Source: Octopus vulgaris (lineage: Eukaryota). Taken from it: a stretch of 64,000 nucleotides of DNA. Every line of letters begins with the position of its first letter. The first letter of the stretch is position 1. Positions 52,092-64,000 of this stretch are shown piece after piece. The DNA lies in NCBI GenBank assembly GCA_951406725.2, contig OX597827.1:44950001-45014000 (forward strand), written 5' to 3'. The position numbers were made by a program, and so were the translations under genes. The notes below the pieces were generated by a model, which was not told where the DNA came from, did not search any database, and saw nothing but the letters and a program-made list of their open reading frames with translations.

Positions 52092-54349
52092 CTTGAAAAG
52101 AGAAAGAAACCAAATGAATGGTATGACATTCTTTCGTGTGAATCAAACAATGACGTAAGGGGTCATCTAATTTTAACTTTTCCCTACAGAGTTCAGCAAA
52201 TAACATACACCTGCTGTCTGTAATGGATAAAGGATCAGTATATTTCAGGTATCTCTCCCAGGTAAAAAAAAACATAACTACCCATTTCAAACCCACGACC
52301 ACCCACAGCAGTGTAAAAGTAAAACAATTCTTTTATTCATTTCAGCCATGCAGCTGCAGTCATGTTGGAGCATTATCATGGGAAAGGGTTTTTGTAGTTC
52401 AAGAAATCAACAACTTCAAGACTCATTCTTTGTAAGCTTAGTTCTTATTCTATTGGTCTCTTTTGCCAAACTACTAAGTTACGGGGATGCAAACACATGA
52501 CCAAACCCTGGGGATTTTCAAGAGTTGACAGAAGAAGGGACAGAAAGAGCTTCATCAACACACACAAGAACAGTGCAATCTGATATGAAGCTATTGATCC
52601 AAGAGATGAGAAACTAATGAAGCCCACAAGCAAGAAATTTCAGAAGATACACGATACATATGGCTGACACGTATCTTCTATTTGCTTCCACAAAATTATC
52701 CTAAAGCTACCACTCACTGATGGTGATAGAGGGTTACCAGCAGATTTGCCTTTATAGAAACCCTACTTAAGGTCATTGGTGTCTCAACCACTGACCCCAA
52801 TACAACAGAGACCATTTGCAGATTGAATTAGTACCTTGTTAATACATGCGAGACCATAAATCTACGCTCCGAAAGATTCTCTAGAAGGCATAGACCTGGG
52901 CAAATTAGATATATATAATTAACCTACTTAACCCTAGCAGCATCGAGAACCAGATGTTACCATTCATACAACAGATAGCACCAGATTTCTGATCCCAATA
53001 ACCAAGGGAAGCAACTCTAAAAAAACAGGGGAGTTATCTACCCTTGCATGACGAGAAGTTACACTGGAATTGAATTTTTCAGGTGTACTTCAAAATAATC
53101 ATTTCTCACACAAAGGCAAAAACAGAAATATTGGGGAGGACATAATCCATATCGCCGACTGTCGTTCTTATTTTATTGACTGAGTGAAGATGGATAGAAA
53201 GCAAAGTTGAACAATTTAATTCAGAATGTACAGACACATAACTAAATACCAGAAGGCATTTTGTTTGATGCTCTACCAATTTTAACATTCACATTGCTTG
53301 CATTATATGTGTAATAAGATGTACTTTACTTGCCATTATATTTTCAAAATATAACTAGCTTTAAAAAATTATAAAATGAAGAAATGAATAAAAGAATTCT
53401 GTGGGTGGTCGTGGGTTTGAAATGGGTCGTTATGGGTTTTGTCTTTTTTTTTTCTACCTGGGAGAGATACCTGAAATATACTGATACCAATTTTAACATT
53501 CACATTGCTTGCATTATGTGTAATAAGATGTACTTTACTTGCCATTATATATTCAAAATATAACTTACTTTAAAAAAATTATAAAAACTTTGGATAAAAC
53601 ACTAGAAATGTTAATAATAATTCCTAATACAGATACAAGGTATGATTAAGAAGTCTGCTGCCCAACCACATGGTTTCGGGTTCAGTCCCACTGCATGGTA
53701 ACTTAGCCAAGTGTCTTCTACTACAGCACTGGGCTAACTAAAGTCTTGGATTTGGATGGTGAAAACTGAAAGAAGCATGTTATGTGTGTGTGCTTCTGCC
53801 TCCTTGTTTTGACATGTGATAGTTGTAAACTACTATCAGTGTCATACTTCCCTACAAAGTGAAATATTACCTCACTTGGAGATAAGTGAGAATTGGTGAC
53901 AGGAAGGGTATCCAGCTGTAAGAAGTCTGTCCCAACAAATTCCATGGAAGCATGGATAAGAGAATGTTAAAGGATGATGATAGCGATGACGCTACATCAT
54001 CATCATCATCGTTTAGCGTCCGTTTTCCATGCTAGCATGGGTTGGTCTGCAGAATTTGGGTGCTGGCATAGCCCATAAGTATTGACTCAAATACTTGGCT
54101 GCAATTTTATTGAAACCACTCTCAGAATAATAAAAGACAAAGTCAACCAGAACAAGAGCTGATACTTCATTCTAGTGATCCTGGAAGGATGAAAATAAAA
54201 GTTGACCCCAGTGGGATTTGAACACAAAACATGAGGAGCTGCAATAAATACTGCAAAGCCTTTTGTCTAACGCTCTGGTGATTCTGCCACTCCACTGTCA
54301 TTATAAGAGTTTGGGTTGTTTTTGTCCTTTTTGTACAAGGCAAAGTGCC

Positions 54350-54725
54350 CTTATTTGTTTCAGTCATTTGACTGCAGCCATGCTGGAGCACCACCTTTAG
54401 TTGAATATTATCAACCCCAAGACTTATTCTTTGTAAGCTTAGTACTTATTTTACCGGTCACTTTTGCCAAAGTGCTAAGTTACGGGGATCTAAATACACC
54501 AACATCAGTTGTCAAGCGATGGTGGGGGGACAAACACAGACACACAACCATATACATGTATATATACGACAGGCTTCCTTCAGTTTCTGTCTACCAAATC
54601 CACTCACAAGGCTTTGGTTGGCCCATGGCTAAAGTAGAAGACACTTGCCCAAGGTGCCACGCAGTGGGACTGAACCCAGAACCATGTTGGTAAACAACCT
54701 ACTTACCACACAGCCACTCCTGCGT
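54350..54725 (-). mobile_element. SINE family A
   Basis: Full-length reverse copy. Confidence 0.85.
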
Positions 54726-54952
54726 CTATACATGACAGAATTCTTTCAGTTTCCAAATGCACACACAAGGATTTGGTCGGTTCAAGGCTATATATAGTAG
54801 AAGACACTTGCCCAAAGTACCATGCATAGGGATTGAACCTGGAATCATATGTGGTTATGAAGCAAACTTCCTACCACACAGCCACGTCCACAATTTTTCA
54901 AGTGAGAAGTGAAATGCTGGAATGAACAGTGAATAAAGAGTAAAGTACTGAC

Positions 54953-55091
54953 CAGTGATACGTCCATCATAATCTTCATCATCACTATTTATGGGGTCTT
55001 CAAATGTCTCAATTTCAGAAAGGGATTGACCATAATGAGTGAGATCCTCTTCATCGTTTAAACTGAAAATATTTCTTTTATCGAGATATTT
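54953..55091 (-). CDS. NOP14: NOP14 coding exon 3
   Basis: ttttag|AAA ... G|gtcagt; 139 nt; KYLDKRNIFSLNDEEDLTHYGQSLSEIETFEDPINSDDEDYDGRIT (LTHYGQSL motif). Confidence 0.92.
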
Positions 55092-55465
55092 CTAAAAAAG
55101 AAAAATATGTCAGACATAAAGATAGATGTACTTATGTGTTCATGTATGTGTGTGTATCTGTGCATGTATGTTTATATAATGTACTGTTGTTTGCATTTGT
55201 ATTTGTGTACCATTTCTCCTGTTTTTTTCCGTCCTTGTTTTCGTATACATTCACTGCTTTCTTCCAAGGAATCTAGTGCTCTTAGTTTAGATTTTCCTTG
55301 GGGCTGGCCAGATTGGAGCCGTCTCGAGTATAACGAGCTGAAACTGCAAAGATAATTTGGAATTCGACTGACGAAAGAAAACTCTGAATGACCCATCCTT
55401 GTTTTTTCTTGTCCCTTTTTGTATCAGCTAACTGTCTGGATGTCTTGTTGTCACCTGTTGCCCAT

Positions 55466-55710
55466 GGGCATATGGCGTAGTGGTTAAGAGCGCGGGCTAC
55501 TAACCCCAAGATTCCGAGTTCGATTCCAAGCAGTGACCTGAACACTAATAATAATAATAACAACAACATAGAAAAATACCTTAGGAATGAGAACCCAGGT
55601 TTGAAATTTCCCCAAGACACCTGATGAAGGCTGTGAGGGGTATCAGCCGAAACATTGTGTTAACAACAAAAAAGATGAGGACAAATATCCATCTAATGTA
55701 AATAATGTAT
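55466..55710 (+). mobile_element. tRNA-headed element ending in a Penelope-type tail with a hammerhead motif
   Basis: A-box TGGCGTAGTGG 55473-55483, B-box GTTCGATTCC 55518-55527, (AAT)n linker, then a tail shared with 37985-38220 and 43517-43600. Confidence 0.65.
55616..55661 (+). ncRNA. Minimal type I hammerhead ribozyme motif (helix III palindrome decayed to ACAT)
   Basis: GACAC-CTGATGA-A-GGCTG(loop)CAGCC-GAAA-CATT-GTGTT; helix I GACAC/GTGTT and helix II GGCTG/CAGCC. Confidence 0.6.
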
Positions 55711-56892
55711 ATTCTTTTGTAGTCTTATACCATCTTACAAATATTTATTTTGCAATAAAATACTTACTGCGGAGAGATTTTTTGAACACCCTGTATATTC
55801 CTCACCTGGACAGGACACCAGTCCATCACAAGATTACTCAATTTTGCCAGCTGAGTGGACTGGAAAAGTGTAAAATGAAGTGTTTTGCTCAAGAACACAA
55901 TGAGTTACTCAGCCCAGGAATCGAAACCATAATCTTATGAATAGAAGTCCAACACCTTAACCATTACGCCATGTGCTCTCCATGGGTTGGAAAGAATGTA
56001 GAGGTAGATTTTCTGTAGCTGATGTCCTTCCTGTTGCCCTGTTGCCAACCATCACCTGTCTCCAGGTAAGGGAAATAGTTCCCATGGCCAAACATGTTTC
56101 CACAGAAGACTGGAAATGAAGGACACTGTCTGTCTGCTGGTGACACTTGTTTACGACTATTACACAATGTCAGGGCAAAGAGATAGTAACACACATGACA
56201 GGCTTCTTTCAGTTTCCATCTACTAAATCTATTCACAAGGCTTTGCTCAGACCAGAGTTATTGTACCAGACACTTGCTCAAGGAGCCATGCAGTGGGACT
56301 GAACACAGAATCATGTGGTTCGAAAGCAAACTTCCTACTACATAGCCACACCAACCATACCCACCCCACCCCCACGTATCTAATAAAAAAGGTAAGATGA
56401 ACTGTATGGTAAGAAGCTTACTTCCCAATCACATGATTCTGGGTTCAGTCCCACTGCATGGCACCTTGGGAGAGTGTATTCCATTTTAGCCTTGGGGCTG
56501 ACCAAAGCTTTGTGAGTGGATATGATAGTTGGAAACTGAAAGAAGCCTATCATATAAAAAATATGTGTGTATTTGTTCCCCACCCCATAACCATTTGACA
56601 ATTGGTGTTGGTGTGTTTAAATCCTTGTAACTTAGCAGTTCAGCAAGAGAGACCGATATAATAAGTACTAGACTCTGAAAGATAACTCTTGGGGTTGATT
56701 TGTTCAAGTGAAATCCACCAAGGCAGTGCTCCAGCATGGCTACAATCAAATGACTGAAACTAGTAAAAGAATAAAAGAATGGCCATAGCCGGAAAACTTT
56801 TGATCATAATTCCCTTCTGCTTAATCGGGACTCATAATTAGAATTAAACAATGGTGCTAATATCACAACACCAAATTACAGAATACACTCAC

Positions 56893-57027
56893 CTGCTTCT
56901 CAGCCACAAACCTCTTCGCCATCTTCTCTTCGTAGCTAAGGTTAGCATCATTCTCTCCAATACGTTTGTCAACAACTTGATTGTCTTTAAACCTCTGTAA
57001 ATATTCTTGGAGTAATGTGTCCTTCCG
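56893..57027 (-). CDS. NOP14: NOP14 coding exon 2
   Basis: ttgcag|CGG ... CAG|gtgagt; 135 nt; RKDTLLQEYLQRFKDNQVVDKRIGENDANLSYEEKMAKRFVAEKQ. Confidence 0.93.
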
Positions 57028-58530
57028 CTGCAATACACAGAAAATTGGAACATCAGTGACAAAGAATAGAGGACAAACAAGAACATAATTTATCTGGCAA
57101 GAAATACATATATATGAAGAATGCACATTTTATCATTATATATTTGGTAACAAATGATGTAAATGTTGGTTGATTTCTCAAGTCGTGCTTTACATTGTAT
57201 AGAGGGTAGGGACAGAGAGTTAAAAGGTACCGGATGAGTGCACATACTAGGCTTGGTGGTAGACAATGAGTAAAGGGATGCTATGCATGCACATACAAAC
57301 AGAATGCAAAGAGACATCCGTTTTAGCATGGATGTTTTAGTTAAATGATGATCGTAGTCAAGCATGATCTTTGAACATTGGGCCTTATGGGGGTGATAAC
57401 AAGTGACCGAGACCTTTAGCGATATGCTGTGCTTGAGAAGACCCATCAAGCCAAGTGAAATTGTCGTCATGGCTGCTGGTACATAGAAAAACACTCCTTA
57501 CACTCTTGGAGTGGTTGGTGTTAGGAAGGGCATCAAGCTGTAGAAATCAGGGCAAATCAAACTGGAACCTGGTGCAGTTCGCTGGCTTACCACTTCCAGT
57601 CAAACTGTCTAACCCATGCCAGCATGGAAAGCAGATACTAAATGATGATGATGATAATGGTGATGATTCCATGGGTTGGATGGTTTGACAGGAGCTGACA
57701 AGGCAGAGGACATTGCCAACTTTCAATGTTTGCATCAGTACGGTTTCTACATCTTGATGCCTTTCCCAATGCTAACCATGTTACAGAAGATACCTGGTGC
57801 TTTTTACATCATGGTACCAGCACTTAGTGAGGTCACCAAGTAACTTGCAAGACAAATAATCTTTTAACTGAGGTGAGGGTGTGTAGTATTGATGGGGTGG
57901 CTTTATGCCAGGTAACGAGAGAATAAAGTGTGTGGGGGGGGGGGGTGCAGAAACAAATGCCTTGCAGTAGAAGGGATACATGTGAAGAGGTGTCATACAG
58001 GAAGGTGAATGTAAGTGAAGTGTTCCAGAGGATTGTGCAAGATGAATGAGAAGGTAAGATCACAAGAATGTGAGGGCAACAGATGCATAGAGATGGACAC
58101 TGCTGTGAATGGTGAACACAGGAAGAGGGGGCATGGTCAGAGGTGAATATCAGTTTCAGGCTAAAGATACATATTTGATTCAAGCTAACCCAAGCCTCAT
58201 GAGTGAATACGCATAGTAGGAAGCTGCATAGAAGCCCATCTTATGGACAGTTCATGTAATCAAAGGTCCGGCCTTTTCACAATGTGTCATGTTTGTTCAA
58301 CTTGAGAATTACATGAAGGGTACATGAATCAAAGCAATACTCAACCACTTTGTATGCTATTTCAACAAATAGAGCAACTGACTGCACATATGTTATAATT
58401 GCCATAAACTTCTGTCCAAGCCATGTCAGCATGGAAAAACAAACAAACACATGATTGAAGAAATGTGTGCATAACCAAAGATAAAACAAACATAAATAAA
58501 ACAAGTTAAAAAACAGAAATAAGAGATTAC

Positions 58531-58704
58531 CTTTTTGTTTGCTTTTGACCGTGACACTCCAGGGATTCCTGCCTCATGTTTTGGTAATTTACGTCCAAGA
58601 ATGTGATGTTTCTGCTTGTTTACCTTAATCTCAAATGGATTTAGTTTCTTAACTTCAGACTTTTTCACCTTCTTCTGAAACTTATCAAGCTTCTTCTTGC
58701 CCAT
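58531..58704 (-). CDS. NOP14: NOP14 nucleolar protein 14, coding exon 1 (ATG at 58704; exon acceptor at 58716)
   Basis: MGKKK...LNPFEIKVNKQKHHILGRKLPKHEAGIPGVSRSKANKK, the conserved Nop14 N-terminus; donor AAG|gtaatc. Confidence 0.93.
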
Positions 58705-60009
58705 CTCTGTGTATTTCTAAAGAAAATGATCATAAAATCACATATATATATACATATAGATTGAGGATAGTTAAACCTCTCATAGGGACAGTTATATTGT
58801 TAATATATTATATTTTGAAGAGACATTTCTTCAATAAATATATTATAAAACATCAAATATAAGTTTGAAAATGGAGAGATTCAATGGATATAAATTGATT
58901 GCCTACAATTGTTTCACTTTGCACCTAATTCAAATTACAAAACATATATAAGTTTGCATTTTGAGTATCCATGGTGGAATATCTTCAGAGCAAAATGGAT
59001 ATTACAGAGTTTATATTTTGATCAATTGAAATATTCCAACAGATGAAAGCGTGTTTATTGTGTGTGTGTGTGTGTATGTATGTGTATATATATATATATA
59101 TACCTAAAGAGATCTAAGGAAGAATGTTACAATCGAGATGGTGAACCACAATGAACTTTTTTTGTGTACAGTTTGTGACAGACCAAGCCTTTTTTTGCTG
59201 GGCTCAAATCTCATTTGTGAACCCATGGAAAACGAACCTCCACCAACTATTCTGCCTATATGACTGTACACATCATTGAATGCAGTGTATGCCAGAAGGT
59301 TTGTAAATCTAACAGAGGCCTCAAAAGGCCTTTTTTAAGATCCACAAAGATCAGAACTTAACTGCAGCTCTTGGTGGTCCAAATTGGATGTGCAATCTAT
59401 GTGAGTGTCTTTTCAGAACATTGGTTTAAAAAGCGACATCAGATACCATGATGGTGCTAAGGTGTAGGTACGGCAGGTGGTCAAACCCTGCATAAGGAGT
59501 AGACAATATATATAATGAATATAATAAAAGTTGACTATTTTTTTAATCTTTTATTTATTTTGTAAATAAATAATACAATAATGAATAAGCATTTTATAAT
59601 GTTTCTTTCTTTTCTGGAAGCTCACCGTGTACTAGCAGCTGATGGCTCACAGGCTGGCATCGGTCCATGGACAACCACTTTGAGTAGCACTGGTCTCTAG
59701 GACTATGGCATGTATATCAGAGTCTCAGATAGAGGGAGGAGAGTATTAAGGCATTAACAAACTTAATGTTGACGGTCAACATTTTCATAGTTCTTTAACC
59801 ATCCCCATTACTGTCTTGCCATTTCGTTTATTTATCAGGAACCATCTCAACAATCCAGAAAAGATGGGTTAATCAGACACTAGGCAGATGGTAACTGCCA
59901 AGTCTCAACTCTGCATAAAACTATACAATACATGAACCTTTCGTCATCTACATTTGCTGATAACACTCCGTAATGGTTACTACTACTACTATTCATTACA
60001 TTCTTTTTT

Positions 60010-60367
60010 ACTTTTACTTCTTTCAGACAATAGACTACGGTCATGCTGGAGCACTGCTTTGAAGAATTTTAGTCGAACGACTCGATCCCAGAACAATTTT
60101 AAAGTCTGGTACCTATTCCATCGATCTTTTAGTTACAGGGATATAAACACACCAACACCAGTTGTCAAGTGGTGATGAGGGAACAAACAAAATATATCTA
60201 TATATACGACGGCTTCTTTCAGTTTCCGTCTGCCAAATTCGCTCACAAGGCTTTAGTCGGTCCGAGGCTACAGTCGAAAGCACTTGCCCTAAGGTGCCAC
60301 GCAGTGAGATTGAACCCGAGACCATGTGGTTGGAATGCAAGCTTCTTACCACATAATCACGCCTGCG
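60010..60367 (-). mobile_element. SINE family A
   Basis: Reverse copy in the NOP14 5' intron. Confidence 0.8.
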
Positions 60368-60902
60368 CTTTTTCTTTCTTTTCCTTTTTTCAATTATTTC
60401 ATTTATATTGAACAACCGGCTGTTGGCTAAAAGTATCCAACTAACTAATGGTTACTTGTTCACTAGGTTTAGGCGGTGAGAGGTGAAACTTAGTAGAACA
60501 AACTTTTTATTCGGAAGCACGGTGGGATTTAGATCCAGTTAGGAAATAGACGTGACCGAATACTGGAAAGTACTTCGTCCGATGATGTATTGCGTATCTT
60601 ATATTTCATGTTCAATGCAATTAATATCACGAATCCGTGACAACACTGTCATGAACAACCACTGCAAACGAATTAAAAAGAATACTACCATCCTGGAGAA
60701 TTAAATAACAACCAAAATGAAAATCTACGTAATAAATCTTAAAAAGAGAAAGAAAATCAAGTTTGTTTTTAGTGAGAGATATTTTGTCGAAGGCAGGTTC
60801 TAGTCTGTTTCTGCGTAAATTAAAGGTAACGTGAGGGGGGAAGCGCAGGTTAACAATTTTTAACCAGAGAATATATTCTAAATAAAATTTTAAAATTCTT
60901 AC

Positions 60903-60990
60903 CCGTTGAATTCGAGAAAATGAAAGATCAATTAATGAGAAAACCCATTCACGAATTGCACGTGGATAAATGCAGTGAAAACCGGAAGTT
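60903..60990 (-). promoter_or_regulatory. Probable NOP14 non-coding first exon / core promoter with E-box and ETS motif
   Basis: Minus-strand donor CGG|gtaaga at 60903/60902. The coding exon has an acceptor 12 nt before its ATG, so an upstream exon is likely. CACGTG at 60959-60964 and ACCGGAAGT at 60981-60989; CpG visibly retained over about 60.4-61.6 kb. Confidence 0.55.
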
Positions 60991-61674
60991 TAGATTGTTA
61001 GCGGTGATATGACGAAAATAGTGCTGTTTTGAATAAATGCCCGCTTTACGAAAGTTTGTCGGCCATATTATCATTTACGTATATATAATTTGCAATTTTG
61101 GGAGATGTGGTGTATGTAAACATGTCAAAAATATATATGAATTAATTTCGATTGACATTGACAACTCAGAACCAACAATAAAAGTGTAATTTTGTAATTA
61201 TTCTCACTCCGGCTTTTGTAAAACTTTAAATGTAATGTGATAGTGTCGCGTTATTTTGTTAAATTGTAGATTATACTAAATAACATGAGAAATTAATATT
61301 CATTTATTGTCTTAATATATGTCAGCACAACGTTATGGCATAGGCATCTGATGTTGAGAGACGATTTCAGTTTTGCTTCAAGAATTATTACTGGTTGATG
61401 ATTTATCTAATATCAGTATGTTGTCCAAACCTCACAGCCATATCACATTATAAAGAAAGAGTACAACTCGAAACGCGAAAACTTTTGTTTCCAGTATCAC
61501 GTTACGTTCGTAAAACAAATATGTGAGAGGTGTCCAAAGACTTTGTCAGCTGCCTAGTGTCGGATGAGGACATCGTCTTCGGAAAAGCGGGAAGTGGACG
61601 TAATAATGTGGAGAGAGGTGAAAGATTAAATTTCTTCGTCTAATTTATCTTTGATATATATATATATATATATA

Positions 61675-62050
61675 TATAGGGAGAGTTTACGAAAAAAAAC
61701 AAGAAAAGACGAAGACAGGTGGTGTACAAAACAAACAGATGTATTAATATAACGCTCAGGAATAGAAAAAGTCTTTTACGTTTCGAGCCTACGCTCTTCT
61801 ACAGAAAGGGACACAGAAAAAAAAAGGAGAGAAAAAATGTGTGTAATGGCTAACGATCTATCATGGCTGCGTATGTACCGTTGGCGATTTTTTTCCCTCT
61901 GTCTTCCCATCTCTGGATCTTTCCTTCTCCTATGTTTCCGACGAAGAGCTCCGCTCGAAACGTTAAACCCGCCTTCTTTCCTGAGCGTCCAATAATACTA
62001 TATTTGTTCCACGTCCTCGCGTTGTGTTTTTTTGTGCTTTCATGTTTGGA
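61675..62050. mobile_element. Penelope-like terminal-repeat remnant with two inverted hammerhead-like motifs
   Basis: - strand 61773-61808 CTTT-CTGTAGA-A-GAGC..GCTC-GAAACGTA-AAAG; + strand 61934-61968 GTTT-CCGACGA-A-GAGC..GCTC-GAAACGTT-AAAC. Confidence 0.55.
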
Positions 62051-62162
62051 TACGGGATACGAGTAAACATCCTTGTTTAAGACTGATATTAATGTTGAAG
62101 AAGATAGTTTATTTTAGTATAATACACGACTTTTTATATTACTATGAAGTAGGTGATTGAAC

Positions 62163-62793
62163 CGGGTCTTTTCTGTTTGCTGCACTTTTTAAAATTTTTA
62201 AATTAAATGAAAAATGTTCAAATTTGGTGTATTGATGTAAATTTTCACGCTGAATCTCAGGACCTAATTTCACTTGTTTCAGAAAAAGTTACAGAGGTTT
62301 AAAATTCGATCATTTTTATTCAGTCAAAGAAACAGGATTTGGAAGCTGTCATTTTGTACGTAGCTGTAATCATAAGACGAGAAAACAATACCGTCAACAT
62401 TGCGACAATAGCACGTGTTTTAATTGTTTAATAAGAAAAAAATTATCAAAAACGTGTAAATAACACATATTTTGTAATTTTAAGCATCCAAGAAGTGGGT
62501 ATTGAAACGTAAAATATATATAAAAAAACACAGCAATAGATGGGTACAAGCAGGAAAACAGCATAAACTAGCAGTTTTGTAAACAAGATTTCCAACGCTT
62601 GGCTTGTGACTATGGAAACAGGCACCTGTGTGTCTATGGCTTTCGATTGACTAAAATTACCCAAAGTTTGCAAACTTTAAAGGCTATTAACTGTTTATTT
62701 ATCGATTAATGGCGAAAATGAATTTTCATGTCAATAATTATCATACAAAACTACATCAATACACCAAATTTGGCAGTCAGACAGAAAAGATCC
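62163..62793. mobile_element. Non-autonomous DNA transposon with interrupted inverted ends
   Basis: GGTCTTTTCTGTTTG...AAATTTGGTGTATTGATGTA on the left and TACATCAATACACCAAATTT...CAGACAGAAAAGATCC on the right. Confidence 0.5.
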
Positions 62794-64000
62794 ATTGAGC
62801 TATTTAGTTGAAACAGTTTCAGAATCTAAATATTCTGGGAACTTTCTGTAAGACGGGGTATAATACAATGTCAAAGGCTTCGATAGCAACAAGATGTGGA
62901 ATAGGTGACAGAAATTTCTTCGTCGTGTCATGGAAGTGGGGAGATGTCAAAATTATGTCAAAACATGTTCGAAGCTGTTTCCCATCTTGTTCGAGATTGA
63001 ATGAGGTGGGGGTTGGTGAAAATGATATATCTAATATAAGCACAAGTCCTCAAATATAGCGGGCGGAGGCAATAGGCTATTGAACTGACATCAAAATTTG
63101 GCTGCTTACCTTAGTTTATTAAACCCACCAGAGTTAACACCAACATTCCCATGTACAGTAGAGATGCCCCCACCCCTATATCTCATACCACAATGTGGTG
63201 ACACGACATTTGTTAAGAGAAATATCTTGTGCTTTAAAGAACAACACAGCATGGAATATAAACCCTAACAAACATCCACTCCACTTCCCACACCTCTATA
63301 AATTAGACCAATTTTTCTTCAATACTTCTAACATTTATTCTATTTAATATTCTCATTAAATAATTTCACCTGTTCAAGGAAATTTCAAAAACTTTTAATC
63401 AAAAACAGGTAATCTAAGAAAGCATAGTTGAAGAAAAACGTCGAAAAATAAAACGAAATACTATTCTAGTTGTTAAGGTAAAGGGCACAGAAAAAAAAAT
63501 CCAAGACCGTTGTTTAACTCCAGGTCAATCTTGGTCGAGCAGATCAATGGCCAAAGAACATACCGCTTTTGAATTTTCATCTATCTAGGATACATTATAC
63601 GTATCTATCTATCTATCTATATTACTACTGCCTAACAATTCTTTCCCTCTTCTCACCATGGTGTGCCACTTAACCATTCTTTCTGATAATGGATTTACCT
63701 AAAAAAAGACCCGATCTATTTGGATTTAATTGGACTCTCCCATTCTCTTGGACATAATGAACCACAACAAATATTGATGAGGAACATTCTTCCACTGTCT
63801 AACCTATATTTCTCCAATGACGGGATACCAAACTTACTGAATCTTCGCTCGATACGACGCTCCAATAGCTTCTTTTCACATAGCCACGCACTATCTTTAC
63901 CATTTGTAATGTAGCAAAATTTTAAAAATTCAATCAAATGAAATTATATCTCCTTGTCCTGTGTTGCCTAATTGTTTGCCTTTCCTCAGTACTTTAACTT

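Noticed and set aside
55466-55540. Functional tRNA gene
   Set aside because: A and B boxes are present but there is no convincing acceptor stem or cloverleaf; it is a SINE head.
34137-58704. Intronic snoRNAs, often hosted by ribosome-biogenesis genes
   Set aside because: TGATGA matches come mostly from (GAT)n tails or PLE motifs. No C/D pair with a terminal stem could be supported by eye; an Infernal/snoScan search is needed.
63716-63937. Overlapping ORFs at the window end as a divergent gene
   Set aside because: No splice structure or recognisable protein; 62.8-63.95 kb looks like a heavily decayed LINE.

Overview
Eukaryotic, AT-rich, microsatellite- and SINE-dense DNA. The repeat families look like those of octopus/coleoid cephalopods; this is inferred from the repeat sequences, not proven. 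Two convergent protein-coding genes can be built by hand from GT-AG exons. On the + strand are two internal exons of MAEA (CTLH/GID E3 ligase subunit; 13137-13340, 15673-15795). On the - strand are 18 in-phase coding exons of NOP14 (58704 down to 34137; 729 codons + 2 nt), plus a probable non-coding first exon/promoter near 60.9-61.0 kb. The 3' exons of both genes were not found, and a 100-N assembly gap (29420-29519) lies between them. Most other long ORFs in the track are microsatellite or SINE artefacts. The rest of the window is tRNA-derived SINEs (CORE-like and Meta-domain-like), decayed LINE pieces, a Penelope GIY-YIG fragment, and hAT-, piggyBac- and Tigger-like MITEs. The most notable signals are several minimal hammerhead-ribozyme motifs of the Penelope type (one fused behind a tRNA-like Pol III head, a SINE/retrozyme-like unit), a near-perfect 68-nt intronic hairpin, a nested palindromic/inverted repeat next to the gap, and a templated inverted insertion.
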